A stretch of DNA of 64,000 nt from Porphyridium purpureum (lineage: Eukaryota), in the NCBI GenBank assembly GCA_008690995.1, contig VRMN01000004.1:1178001-1242000 (forward strand), given 5' to 3'. Positions within the stretch are counted from its first letter, which is position 1; each line of letters opens with the position of its first letter. The position numbers and the translations under genes are program-made. The notes below the pieces were generated by a model that saw only the letters and a list, made by a program, of their open reading frames with translations, was not told where the DNA came from and made no database searches. Positions 53,341-63,196 of this stretch are shown here, one piece after another.

Positions 53341-54486
53341 TTATTGTATGCGTTGCTTGTCAGCCATGATCCATTGCTTGGCAGTCTCGAAACAGGTCAT
53401 GGAGATCGCAGTCTGAGGGGAAATCCACAGCACGCGAGCGGAAAGGCCGCGGAACATGCCGCGGAGGCCCTGCTCGGCAATGATACGGCGCATCACGCTG
53501 GCCGCAGAAGACCTCGTTCCAGATGGGTGTGAGGCAGCCCCCGCCGCAGCGTTGCGATGACCATCACCAGTGCTGGTGCCACCAGTCGCACCGCCGTCGC
53601 GGAGAAGAATATCTCCTTCGGTTTGGATGCGGGTCTTAATGACGTCCAGAGGCGTGGTGGCTGCGGCACTCAGTGCCGCGCTCGCAGCGGCGCTCGAAAG
53701 AATGGGCCCGGTACTCAACTGGTCCACGCGACAACCGTTGCGCTGCGCATGGTACAGCTTCATGCGCTCGTAGAACATAAAGTAGAGCATGGCGTACGGC
53801 CCAAACACGCCCACAGTTAGACCGTAGCCCCGAAAGAGAGACGACGGGCCTTCGTATCGAAGCAGGTCCTTCAGCACCGCCAGCGACGAGACACGCTCCT
53901 GTCGGACCTGCACGCGCTGCTTGACCACCTCCATGGGCACCCAAAACACAGCCGAGATCGTTTCGGCAATCAGCCCGCACGCCAGATGCGTCCACGCGCT
54001 GTGCGGATGGAAGTTCAGTCCGAGTCCAAGACCGTCGGTACGTGTGAGCTGCTGCTTGGCATAATCGTATGACGTAAGATATGTCGCGAGCGCTGGTGCC
54101 TGCACTGTAACCGTCACGCCAAATCCGCGGTAAAACCCGCGCATACCCTCTTTCAAGTACGTTGCACGGCATACGTGCGCCAGGCCTAGCGAGCGAGCAG
54201 AGTCAGTGGCGCCGGCACCTGCTGCCATCATTTTCGCCCGCATGGTGTCCATCGGGTGCACGAAGCTGCGCGCAACCACGCCCGATGTTCCCGCCGCAAA
54301 CAAAAGCTGGACCCATTGCGACCCGGCGCGAGCTTCAGAACGACCGTCTGATGCTGTTATTTGTTCCCCGCCATTCGGTCTCTGTCCAGCTGGCTCTGCT
54401 GTTGTGGATACCATGGCAGATGGAGATTGGGCTTGAGGTGCGGACGGAGATCCATGCGCGGATACAGATCCGCCGTCTCTTTCCAT
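53341..54486 (-). CDS. Mitochondrial carrier (SLC25) family protein
   Basis: Three Px[D/E]xx[K/R] motifs: HPMDTMRAK, VPMEVVKQR, TPLDVIKTR. Confidence 0.95.
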   Translation of the reverse strand: MERDGGSVSAHGSPSAPQAQSPSAMVSTTAEPAGQRPNGGEQITASDGRSEARAGSQWVQLLFAAGTSGVVARSFVHPMDTMRAKMMAAGAGATDSARSLGLAHVCRATYLKEGMRGFYRGFGVTVTVQAPALATYLTSYDYAKQQLTRTDGLGLGLNFHPHSAWTHLACGLIAETISAVFWVPMEVVKQRVQVRQERVSSLAVLKDLLRYEGPSSLFRGYGLTVGVFGPYAMLYFMFYERMKLYHAQRNGCRVDQLSTGPILSSAAASAALSAAATTPLDVIKTRIQTEGDILLRDGGATGGTSTGDGHRNAAAGAASHPSGTRSSAASVMRRIIAEQGLRGMFRGLSARVLWISPQTAISMTCFETAKQWIMADKQRIQ

Positions 54487-54721
54487 TCGATTGGCCTTCG
54501 GCGGTTGCCACACACACCCAGCACAAGGACGCACGACGAAGCTTTCAAGGAGTATGCAAACGGTTTATCGGATTCAATGTGAATGAACATACTCATATCG
54601 GTTCAAGAATGTTTAAATCGGAACGGAGAAGAGTCGTGGTCGCTGCGCAGCGGCGAAGAGACTTCGGGTCTTCTATGGTGGGCAAGTGTGGGAGCGGCTG
54701 ACTGACGCCGGGCGAGCCGCG

Positions 54722-55882
54722 ATGCAGGGAGCCCTGCATGTGCGCCAGCGGCAGGTCCCTTGCGTCGTCCAATTGCGGCGCTTTGGAAAGTATGTCATCA
54801 GCCAGTTTGACCTGGTGGAGTTGGAAGAGGAGAGGGAAGAGCTGCGGCGAAAGGCGCTGGACGCAGCAAAGCGCATGAAGCAGGGGTTGACCGAGGGTGT
54901 GCCGTATTCGGAACGCCCCTCGCCAGAGCCCAAGACTGCGAATCGCGGAGTGAACGTCAAGCTGCGGAACATGCCCGTGGACGAGCCGTCGTTGAACCTG
55001 ATTCGCGCGCTCCGCGTGTCGCGGTTTGGGCACAAGGGGTTGGCGCCCTTCCCGCATCTAGTGATGCAGGGCCATACGCGCGAAGTGTGGAAGGACGGCG
55101 CGTACTATGCGTACTCGTTCAAACCGCCAGAAGATGCGGAGACCAACTACCCCATCGAGCGTGAGCTCGAGCTCCATGACTGGAACGTACTCAAGCAGCC
55201 GCCAGACAATTCACTTCCGGAAATCGCCTTTCTGGGGCGCTCCAACGTAGGCAAGTCGTCGCTCTTGAATCGTATGGCAGGGAACGGGCGCCGGCTCGCG
55301 AATTACGACTACCGGCCTGGCACCACTCGCCACGTGAGCCGGTACGAAATGGCATCCAAGCGGTTTGCGATTTTGGACGTGCCCGGCTATGGCTTTGCCT
55401 TTGGCGGCATCGCGTGGTGGAAAGCTGCTCTCGACCTGCTCATGATGCGCCCCACCGTCAATCGGCTGATCATGATTTTGGACGCGCGGCACGGACTCAT
55501 GAACGCCGACCGCGAAGTGCTGCGTGCGATCAGTGTCCGCAAACCGAACAGCACGCTCCAAGTTGTGTTGAATAAGTGCGACCTGGTCGCCGAAAAAGAG
55601 CTCGCCCAACGGTCACACATGGTTTTGCAGGAAACGAAGGAGTACCCAATGTGCATGAAGCGGCTCTTTTTCTCCTCGGCGGCCAAGAACACAGGCGTTT
55701 TGGACTTGATGAAGTATATTGCGGATACATTTTCTGCAAACTCGGAATCCAGCAAGGTGGAGAAAAAGAAAAAGGACAAAAACGATGAAAAGAACCGACC
55801 CGAACGCAAGGACAAGTACCAGATCTTGCAAGTTCGTGAACAGCCACCCTCTTCTTCTTCCTCGAGCAGGATAAGAAAGTGA
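54722..55882 (+). CDS. engB: EngB/YihA/YsxC-family GTPase (organellar ribosome biogenesis)
   Basis: LPEIAFLGRSNVGKSSLLN; PGTT; DVPGYGFA; NKCD; SSA. Confidence 0.93.
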   Translation: MQGALHVRQRQVPCVVQLRRFGKYVISQFDLVELEEEREELRRKALDAAKRMKQGLTEGVPYSERPSPEPKTANRGVNVKLRNMPVDEPSLNLIRALRVSRFGHKGLAPFPHLVMQGHTREVWKDGAYYAYSFKPPEDAETNYPIERELELHDWNVLKQPPDNSLPEIAFLGRSNVGKSSLLNRMAGNGRRLANYDYRPGTTRHVSRYEMASKRFAILDVPGYGFAFGGIAWWKAALDLLMMRPTVNRLIMILDARHGLMNADREVLRAISVRKPNSTLQVVLNKCDLVAEKELAQRSHMVLQETKEYPMCMKRLFFSSAAKNTGVLDLMKYIADTFSANSESSKVEKKKKDKNDEKNRPERKDKYQILQVREQPPSSSSSSRIRK

Positions 55883-55897
55883 GAGCAGCTGCTGGAA

Positions 55898-56917
55898 TTA
55901 AAATACCACGACCACTTTTTCGCCACTCATTCCTGCTGACACCATTTGCAGCCCCTCCATGACTGAATCGAGGCCGTGCAGCTCACGGACCCGACCGGGT
56001 ATCAGTTTGCCTTCATCAAACCACTCGCACAGCGTATCGCGGACTTGCTCAACGAACGACATGTTAGGCCCTGGATTGGGCACGCTGCCCAGAAATACCG
56101 ACTCACACGGTACGGCCGGTTCGACCGTCTTGGTGGGCGCGCCCTGGCACGAGCTGAGTTTGGCATCCGCTGTTCCAGCCAGGCACTCCACGCACAAGTC
56201 GCAGCTCGCCGAACTGATGGTGCTAAAGGCATATCTGATCGGCTGGCTGGACGAGCCAAGCGCGCGAATCTGTGCCACGGCGTCAGGCGCACCATAATCC
56301 ACCACATGCTGAGCTCCCAGCTGCTTCACGTAGTCAAAGTTTCGAGCGGAGCATACAGCGATGACCGAGTAGCCGGCAGCACGCGCGAGTTGTGTTGCCC
56401 AAGAGCCCACACTTCCACTAGCGCCCCAGATCAGTACGCTTGTACCGGGAGCCTTGCATTGCATGGGCAAGCCGAGCGCATGAAATAAGCCAAGAGCTGC
56501 CGTCAGCATACCCACGCCAACCGAGGCGAGCTGCGCACTACTCATGGCAGTCGCGGCGTTGCACTTGAGCGCAACGGACGCCTCCACGACGGCGTACTCG
56601 GCAAATGTGCCAAAGCCCGCCTTGCCCAGGCCGGTGTACCCAAATACGCGATCGCCCACGGCAAATTGCTGCGCTGCGTCGCCAGCGCCGACAGCCTCCA
56701 CCGTGCCACAAAAGTCGCAGCCCGCAGCAAACGGCAGAGGGGACGCCATGAAGATCCCCAGCTGGCCGATGAGCAAGTCCACTGGGTTGATTGCGGCCGC
56801 CTCCACTTTCACCAGCAGCTGCGTGTCCGCGGGCTGCGGCTTGGGTACATCGTCCTTCACTGCAAAGTTGGCCAGGACCGGTGTCGCCTTGCTGGATACA
56901 TACACCACAGCCTTCAT
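55898..56917 (-). CDS. Zn-independent MDR enoyl-reductase / quinone-oxidoreductase-like protein
   Basis: AAAINPVD; GCDFCGTV; VLIWGASGSVG; VCSARNFDYVKQLGA; SGEKVVV. Confidence 0.9.
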   Translation of the reverse strand: MKAVVYVSSKATPVLANFAVKDDVPKPQPADTQLLVKVEAAAINPVDLLIGQLGIFMASPLPFAAGCDFCGTVEAVGAGDAAQQFAVGDRVFGYTGLGKAGFGTFAEYAVVEASVALKCNAATAMSSAQLASVGVGMLTAALGLFHALGLPMQCKAPGTSVLIWGASGSVGSWATQLARAAGYSVIAVCSARNFDYVKQLGAQHVVDYGAPDAVAQIRALGSSSQPIRYAFSTISSASCDLCVECLAGTADAKLSSCQGAPTKTVEPAVPCESVFLGSVPNPGPNMSFVEQVRDTLCEWFDEGKLIPGRVRELHGLDSVMEGLQMVSAGMSGEKVVVVF

Positions 56918-57182
56918 CGTGCGTGTCTCCGCAGCTCGAGCCCAAACAAACGATTGGCTGCTGCCGGCGAGTATTTGGCTTTGAGGATCTCCTCGAAGAT
57001 TCAATTGGGGGTTCGCCCGTTGCGGTTCCCCTTAAAGAATGAAAAACCGTTGGAGCTTGGAATGCAATTGTCATGCTCCGGTTGCTCTCTTTAGGAATGA
57101 CTGTAACACGTTCTCTAAACATGCAGCGTTTGGCGGACTTTTGTCGCTGGTTCCGAGATTATGGGCGTGACGCCGTCATCTA

Positions 57183-57275
57183 CTCAAGCAGTCGAACCGA
57201 CACTGGAGGGCACCTCAAGCAGTCGAACCGACACTGGAGGGCACCTCAAGCAGTCGAACCGACACTGGAGGGCAC
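57183..57275. repeat. Perfect 3 x 31-bp tandem repeat
   Basis: CTCAAGCAGTCGAACCGACACTGGAGGGCAC at 57183, 57214 and 57245, with no spacers. Confidence 0.97.
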
Positions 57276-58292
57276 GCTCGTCGACCAGCTTGATTTGCCG
57301 TTCATCCGCGCGGCGAGTCAGTCCTGCATCTGACATCGGCGGCACCGGACAGGTTTTAAATGTGTTGCGCGCGTGTGACTTGGCGCGCGCGTGCCGCACA
57401 AGCAGCGTTGCTTCGATTCAGGCGAGGAAAGCTCCCCGTCGTCGCCGCAGCGAAACTCGATGCGTGACAGCAATCGCGGTTCCATTGAGAACCGGTGCGT
57501 TGCATTGGGGATCATGTGGACATCACAACACCCTGTGACTCGGCCCCATCCGACGTCGCGGCGGTTGATTCTTGCGCGACGTCAGGCCGCACATCAATGC
57601 GTGGCGAGCCATGCCGCACCACAGCTCGTTTCCCTCCCCTTTGTAAATCACACCGACTGCTGTACCCAACCCAGGGCATCGCACAGGAACTCTATTCTAC
57701 AAAGGTACAGCGTGTCCCAGTCATGTCGAACGAAATACAAACTGTACCTCCTGCGACAAACACATGAACACACGCACGAGTTTTGTACGTGTCTAAAAAC
57801 TGACTAGGGCACGTGGTTGAGCCTACTAAAGCCGGGTGGTTTGTGTTTGAAGGGAGAAGCGGGGCGGGGCGAGAAGGCGCAAGCAGGGCGCAAGGGACAG
57901 CCGGAAGGGAAAGGAGGGGAGGGAGTGTGTGGGGAGCACGGTGGCCGGCGTGGACGGGGGTGGAGTGGCGTGGACAAGTGATTGCGGAGGAGGTCGTGGA
58001 CACGATCTGGACCGGGATCCAGACGGCGCGCGGGAAGGGGGGGCGCTGCGGAAACGCACGTGTGGGTGCATTCCGATCGTGCACGATCGAGCGTGCGCGG
58101 TGTGGGATTTGTGGGGGGCATTGGTGGGCTTGCTTGGACCAGGCTGGCGGTGCGGGACGAAGGGACGCTGCTGTTGCGGGGCCCCGGAGCGGTGTGAGGG
58201 GTGGTCACTGAGTGAGCACGTGTGCGTGCGCTCGGCTTGCCTCGGTCTGCCTGTGCTGCAAGGCCCCGGGGGTTTGAACTCGTGTCTCCACC

Positions 58293-61200
58293 ATGGGCGT
58301 GGTTGCCGAGGTGGATCGGTGCGCATTTGTGGCATGGCGAGATGCGGGCGCACTTGCGGCAGCGTCGTCCCACGCCATGCTGGCCACAGGGGTGCTGGAT
58401 GGAACATACTCTGCCGGAGGCGGCCAGAATGTCGAGGTCATGCAGCTCCGCGCGGATCGGCGGCGGCTCGAAACACTTGCGACTATGCCCCTCGCTGGGC
58501 GCACTTGCCATGCGCTAGCGTACGGCGCGAGCGATTTGCTTGCGGCCGGCCTAAATGATGGCACGGTGTGCCTGTGGGATGCTGGCAAGGCAGTGCGCAG
58601 CAGCAATCGGAGCCCAGATGCTGGTCCGGATGCCTCGGGCGCACTGCTATTCTCATCCAATACATTGAAACGCACGCACGCGAGCGCGGTGCGATCGCTG
58701 GAATTTAATCCGGCTGTCAAGACCTTGCTTGCATCTGGCGGCGCGGACGGCGAAATCTTGGTGTGGGATATGCATGACAATGTGGCATCGCCAGCCGTAC
58801 ACGCCCCCGCGGCAGCTGCTGCGGCGGCGGCGCGTGCCAAGAGTGGTGCAGGCGGGGCAGGAAGCGACACGCATCCGTCAGGAATAGCACCCACTGCCGC
58901 GGCGTCCGCTATGGCCGGTGCGGATGAAATCACGGCAGTTCAGTGGAACCGCAAAGTGCAGCACATTCTTGGCAGTGTTGCGTCCAATGGACTGTGTGTG
59001 ATTTGGGACCTGCGACAGAAGAAAGCCGTCACCTCGATTCGGAGCGGGCGGCGGCGGTGTAGCGCGTTGGCGTGGAGCCCCGACGTTGCAACACAGCTTA
59101 TCCTCGCTTGTGACGACGAGATGGCGACCAGTCCTGCACTTAAACTTTGGGATCTGCGCAACCCGAATAACTCAATCCGGGAGTACGCGCATCAAGCAAG
59201 CGGCGTAAGCAGTCTCAGCTGGAGCCCGCACGACTCTGACTTTGTGGTGTCTGCAGGTAAGGACGGTTCGACGGTGGTCTTTTCGGCCAGCACTGGTGGG
59301 CTTCTCACCGAGCTGCCGCGCTCACAGAGCAGCACGATCTTCCACGTTCGCTGGGCACCAACCCTGCCCGGCACGCTCAGCTGCTCAAGCCTTGGCGGCA
59401 GTGTGTCCATTCACTCTATGCTAGCGGCCCCGTGCAGTGCAGACACCTTTGAAGGAGGCGATGGATCGGGCGGGAAGAACGCTTCCATCGCAGCGGCCTT
59501 CGGCGTCGATGCCGCTGATTTTGCACTCCCTGAAGATGCATTAGGCCTTGCCAGCGATGCGGACGAGAAGAGCGTGTCGACAGGCAACGTCGTGGATCTT
59601 TCGGCGCGCGCACCAAAATGGCTGATGAAGCGCTGTCGTGTCAGCTTTGGGTTTGGTGGCCGCATGGTCGCGACGCGATATCCGCCCAATCCAGCCAAGG
59701 GAAGTCCACCTGATGCAGAGCAGACCGTACACATGTCTCGCCGCTCGGTCGAAGTGAGCAACGTACCGGTGGAAGCAGCTGCCGTCGTCAAACATGATGA
59801 GCTACTGCAAAAAGTTGCAGAACTGGATGACGCGCTTGCGCGTGCTACTGCCTCACCCAAAGCTGCGGCGGCGTTCTGTGCGACCTTCGAGGCGGAGAGT
59901 GGAACGAACACGTTGGAGAAGACTTCATGGGAGTTTCTGCGCATTCACTTTGAACTTGACCCACGGAGCAAACTAACTGAGAAATTGGGCTACAAACACA
60001 AGATATCGAGTAGCGGTGGTACGAGCTCGAGTCGGCGTGGTGAAAACGCGACGTATGGCCTTTCCCGTGCGCCACCGCTGCGTGAGGTCGATAAGCCGCC
60101 CGCGGGCACCGAAATGGATATTTCTACTGGTTCGGCCGCCCTTGGCGAAGGAGCAGATCCGGGGACTGCGGCGTCATCTTCGTATGACCCGCTGGCTGAT
60201 GATCTGGCTGGTCTTGCTGCGCCATGGGAGACTGAGGATGCTGATGGTTCACTCCTTGATGCAGCACCCTCTGATGAAGGCCCTGAAGACAAACAAGCGA
60301 CAAGGCAAGCAGCTGCCATTCCGGCACAGCAAGTAGGCGTGGATACGCAGGTGCAAGCGTGTATCACGGTGGGCGATTTCGAGTCTGCGGTGGAGCTGTG
60401 TATAGGGAACGGCGAGTTTGCTGAGGCATTGGTACTTGCGCGCGCGGGCGGTCCCGCGTTGTGGTCCAGTACGATGCAAAGATATCTGGAACAGCATGCG
60501 CACGCGGCGTTTCGCGTCGTGCTGCGCGGTGTGGTGACAAGTGGGGAAATGAGCAGCGTGTTGGATGGCTGTGCCGACTGGCGGGAGGCTCTTGCGCTTA
60601 TCAGCACTTACTCAGACTCGGCAGGCGAGTTCAGCGCGCAAGCGGAGCGTTTAGGCATGAAACTATGCACGCAGGGCGAGGTACGTGGAGCTGTGGCAGC
60701 GTTTGTTTCTGCGCTCAGTGCACGGAGATGCATGCCGCTTTGGTACAAGGAGAGCATTTCGGCCGCCAAAGGGAACCGTTTAGCGGCTTTACTTTCTTTG
60801 TCGCGCCGCGTGCGCATGTGCGCAGCGGCACGTGCACTTGCACAGGGTGGTGTCGTAGATATGGCTTCTCGAGATGTCTTGTCCAAGAGCGGAAGCGAAG
60901 ACGCGTCGAGTCTTAGCGTGCTCGTGGAGCTTGCTTATGAGTTGGGCAGTGTCGGTGCCCTGGAAGCAGCCGCGCGATGTGTACAATATGTCCCAGGTGG
61001 TATCCCAAGCGTTCATGGGACGTCGGATGAAGTTCGCATGTTTATACAAGTTATGCAAGGTGTCATTGCGAACGCGGCCAAGGTTGCGGCGATGGAGCAA
61101 CAGCAGAAGGAAATGCGAGAACGGCAGCAATATCAGCAGCAGCAGCAACAGCAGCAGTACCAGTATTCTCAGCGACAACAGGCTCCGCAGGCGCATCAAA

Positions 61201-62234
61201 TGTACGCGGGATCGAATGGGTTTGCGGCTGGCCCGCCCAGCGCAATGATGATGCAACCCACAGCACCGGTACCTGCAAGGGCAGTAGGGGGGCCGCCTTT
61301 ACCATCAGCGCCGGGGTTCACCATCATGCAACCTGCACAGCAGCAGAGCGCACCCCCCGGAATGTCGGCGCCGCCGCCATCACTGCGCTCGGGCGCAGTG
61401 GTGCAACCGCCTCCGAGCGGGCCTCCGACGGGGCTGCCGCCAGCACCGCAGCTGCAAACGCCTGTGATGCCTTCAATGCCGCCAACAACGCAAGTGCGGC
61501 TACCGGCGCCTCCGGCGCCTCCATCAAAGCCAAGCATGACACCACCAGTAGTGATGCCGCTGCAGATGCCAATGATGCCACCGCCACCAGGGACAGGGGG
61601 CGCGCCCCCCGTGGCACAGCATGTGGCTCCGCCACCCGGTATGGTGCCGCCGCCTGCGCAGCACATGCCCATGATGCCGTCAGCTACGGGTTCACATCCT
61701 GGGATGTCGACTGCGTCGTCCACGAGCAGCCTATCCTCGTTGACGGCAAGTAGCGCGGTGCCTCTGCCGACAGGTGACGGCACGCCGACTGGCGGTAGAC
61801 GTTTGCCGCAGTCGGCCGAGGTGGCCGGACTGGTTCAGTCACAGAACGAGCGCCGACCGGTGACGGTGAAGGAGCCGAGTGTGACCATCGAGGAAGCGGA
61901 TGTTTCTAGTGTGCCGGCGGAGCAGATGGCGATTGTGCAAGGCCTTCGCCAGGCAGTCAGCCACGCGGCGGCGCTGAATTCGACGGGCATCTATGCGAAG
62001 AAGATGGACGATCTGAGCCGGCGCCTGGGCAAGCTGCTGCAAATGTTGAATCGCGGCGAGCTGAGTGAGTCGATTATCGGCAAGCTGAGCGAGCTGTGCA
62101 CGGCGCTGGGCGGCGGCGACCTGGTGCGCGTGGGCGACGTGATCAAGCGCCTGACGGCGGAGAACTGGGAGAACAACGCGGCGTGGATCATGGCGCTGAA
62201 GCGGCTGGTCGAGATGCTCAAGACGGGCCGGTAG
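58293..62234 (+). CDS. SEC31: COPII outer coat protein Sec31
   Basis: N-terminal WD40 (WNRKVQHILGS; WSPDVATQL; LWDLRN); APKWLMKRCRVSFGFGG; ACE1-type helical region; Pro-rich linker; C-terminal helical domain. Confidence 0.96.
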   Translation: MGVVAEVDRCAFVAWRDAGALAAASSHAMLATGVLDGTYSAGGGQNVEVMQLRADRRRLETLATMPLAGRTCHALAYGASDLLAAGLNDGTVCLWDAGKAVRSSNRSPDAGPDASGALLFSSNTLKRTHASAVRSLEFNPAVKTLLASGGADGEILVWDMHDNVASPAVHAPAAAAAAAARAKSGAGGAGSDTHPSGIAPTAAASAMAGADEITAVQWNRKVQHILGSVASNGLCVIWDLRQKKAVTSIRSGRRRCSALAWSPDVATQLILACDDEMATSPALKLWDLRNPNNSIREYAHQASGVSSLSWSPHDSDFVVSAGKDGSTVVFSASTGGLLTELPRSQSSTIFHVRWAPTLPGTLSCSSLGGSVSIHSMLAAPCSADTFEGGDGSGGKNASIAAAFGVDAADFALPEDALGLASDADEKSVSTGNVVDLSARAPKWLMKRCRVSFGFGGRMVATRYPPNPAKGSPPDAEQTVHMSRRSVEVSNVPVEAAAVVKHDELLQKVAELDDALARATASPKAAAAFCATFEAESGTNTLEKTSWEFLRIHFELDPRSKLTEKLGYKHKISSSGGTSSSRRGENATYGLSRAPPLREVDKPPAGTEMDISTGSAALGEGADPGTAASSSYDPLADDLAGLAAPWETEDADGSLLDAAPSDEGPEDKQATRQAAAIPAQQVGVDTQVQACITVGDFESAVELCIGNGEFAEALVLARAGGPALWSSTMQRYLEQHAHAAFRVVLRGVVTSGEMSSVLDGCADWREALALISTYSDSAGEFSAQAERLGMKLCTQGEVRGAVAAFVSALSARRCMPLWYKESISAAKGNRLAALLSLSRRVRMCAAARALAQGGVVDMASRDVLSKSGSEDASSLSVLVELAYELGSVGALEAAARCVQYVPGGIPSVHGTSDEVRMFIQVMQGVIANAAKVAAMEQQQKEMRERQQYQQQQQQQQYQYSQRQQAPQAHQMYAGSNGFAAGPPSAMMMQPTAPVPARAVGGPPLPSAPGFTIMQPAQQQSAPPGMSAPPPSLRSGAVVQPPPSGPPTGLPPAPQLQTPVMPSMPPTTQVRLPAPPAPPSKPSMTPPVVMPLQMPMMPPPPGTGGAPPVAQHVAPPPGMVPPPAQHMPMMPSATGSHPGMSTASSTSSLSSLTASSAVPLPTGDGTPTGGRRLPQSAEVAGLVQSQNERRPVTVKEPSVTIEEADVSSVPAEQMAIVQGLRQAVSHAAALNSTGIYAKKMDDLSRRLGKLLQMLNRGELSESIIGKLSELCTALGGGDLVRVGDVIKRLTAENWENNAAWIMALKRLVEMLKTGR

Positions 62235-63196
62235 GGCGTTCTGCTTGTGTCGGAGGCGCCGCCCGGTCTGTCGCCGTGCGCGAGGCTCGCGAGCCGATTT
62301 CGTCATGCGTGCGACGCCAGCCGCGGTGTGGGCACACGGGTGATGTGGCGTGTTGGGTGGTGTACCGCCGTAGTACAGTTGATGTAATGTTTTGGTTCCA
62401 CAGAAACGCGCGGCAGGGCTCCGCTTCAGCAGCTGCCAACAGAAAACACGCGCATAAATCGCATGACGTCCCATTCACCAACGCTCGCACGCGCACTCAC
62501 GCAACGCGCCCCCCAAAATAGGCGCGCCTTGGTATGCCGCTGCGCCGTTTGCCGAATTTAGCCGCCAGGCGCCCGGGGCCCCCCTGCTGCTAGTGCTGCG
62601 GCAGCCGGTGGCAGCACACGCGCGCAGTGCGGTTTTGAGGCGCGCGTAGTGGAACGCGCCCGTTTTGGTACGAACTGGTCCATCGGCCCCGCCCCCGCCC
62701 TTGCGGCAACGAGCAGCCGCGCTGTGGAGCGTGTGCGTTCGTGAGCACGTGTTTGAGGCAGGCGCAGGCGTGCCGGGTGTCCAGCTGCCGTATAACAAAC
62801 CAGTCGCGCTGCGGAGGCTGGCGCAGAGGTAAGGCGCGTGGGTGGTGGAGGTGGCTGCTGCACGCAGAGGAGGGTCGGCGGGGGGCGGCGTGGGCGTTGG
62901 GGAGGGGACAGCACGCAACGCGCACGCCGTGGCTTGTCTCGGCTCGGTTCTGCTCGGCGCGTGTGTGGAAAGCATTGGAACTATCGCGCGCAGTGCGGGG
63001 GAGGGTCGACCGCGTGGAATAAATCGCGCGCTGCGTCTCGGCTTCGCAGCGGATCGCGGTGTGGGTCTGAGCGCGGGTTGTGGGCGGCCGGCGGGGTGGG
63101 CTGTGCGGGGTCTCGCAAAGGAACGCGGGACGCGCAGAAGAGGTTCGAAAGCTCGGGCACATGCGGTCGTCGAGGGCGAGTGCGCGTGCGGCCGCC

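Noticed and set aside
57183..57275. CRISPR-like direct repeats
   Set aside because: The units are contiguous with no spacers, there are no cas genes, and the context is eukaryotic.
57420..57520. RNase P/MRP-like GAGGAAAGCTCCCC...GGGGATCA
   Set aside because: The motifs deviate from consensus, are only about 80 nt apart, and lack supporting helices.
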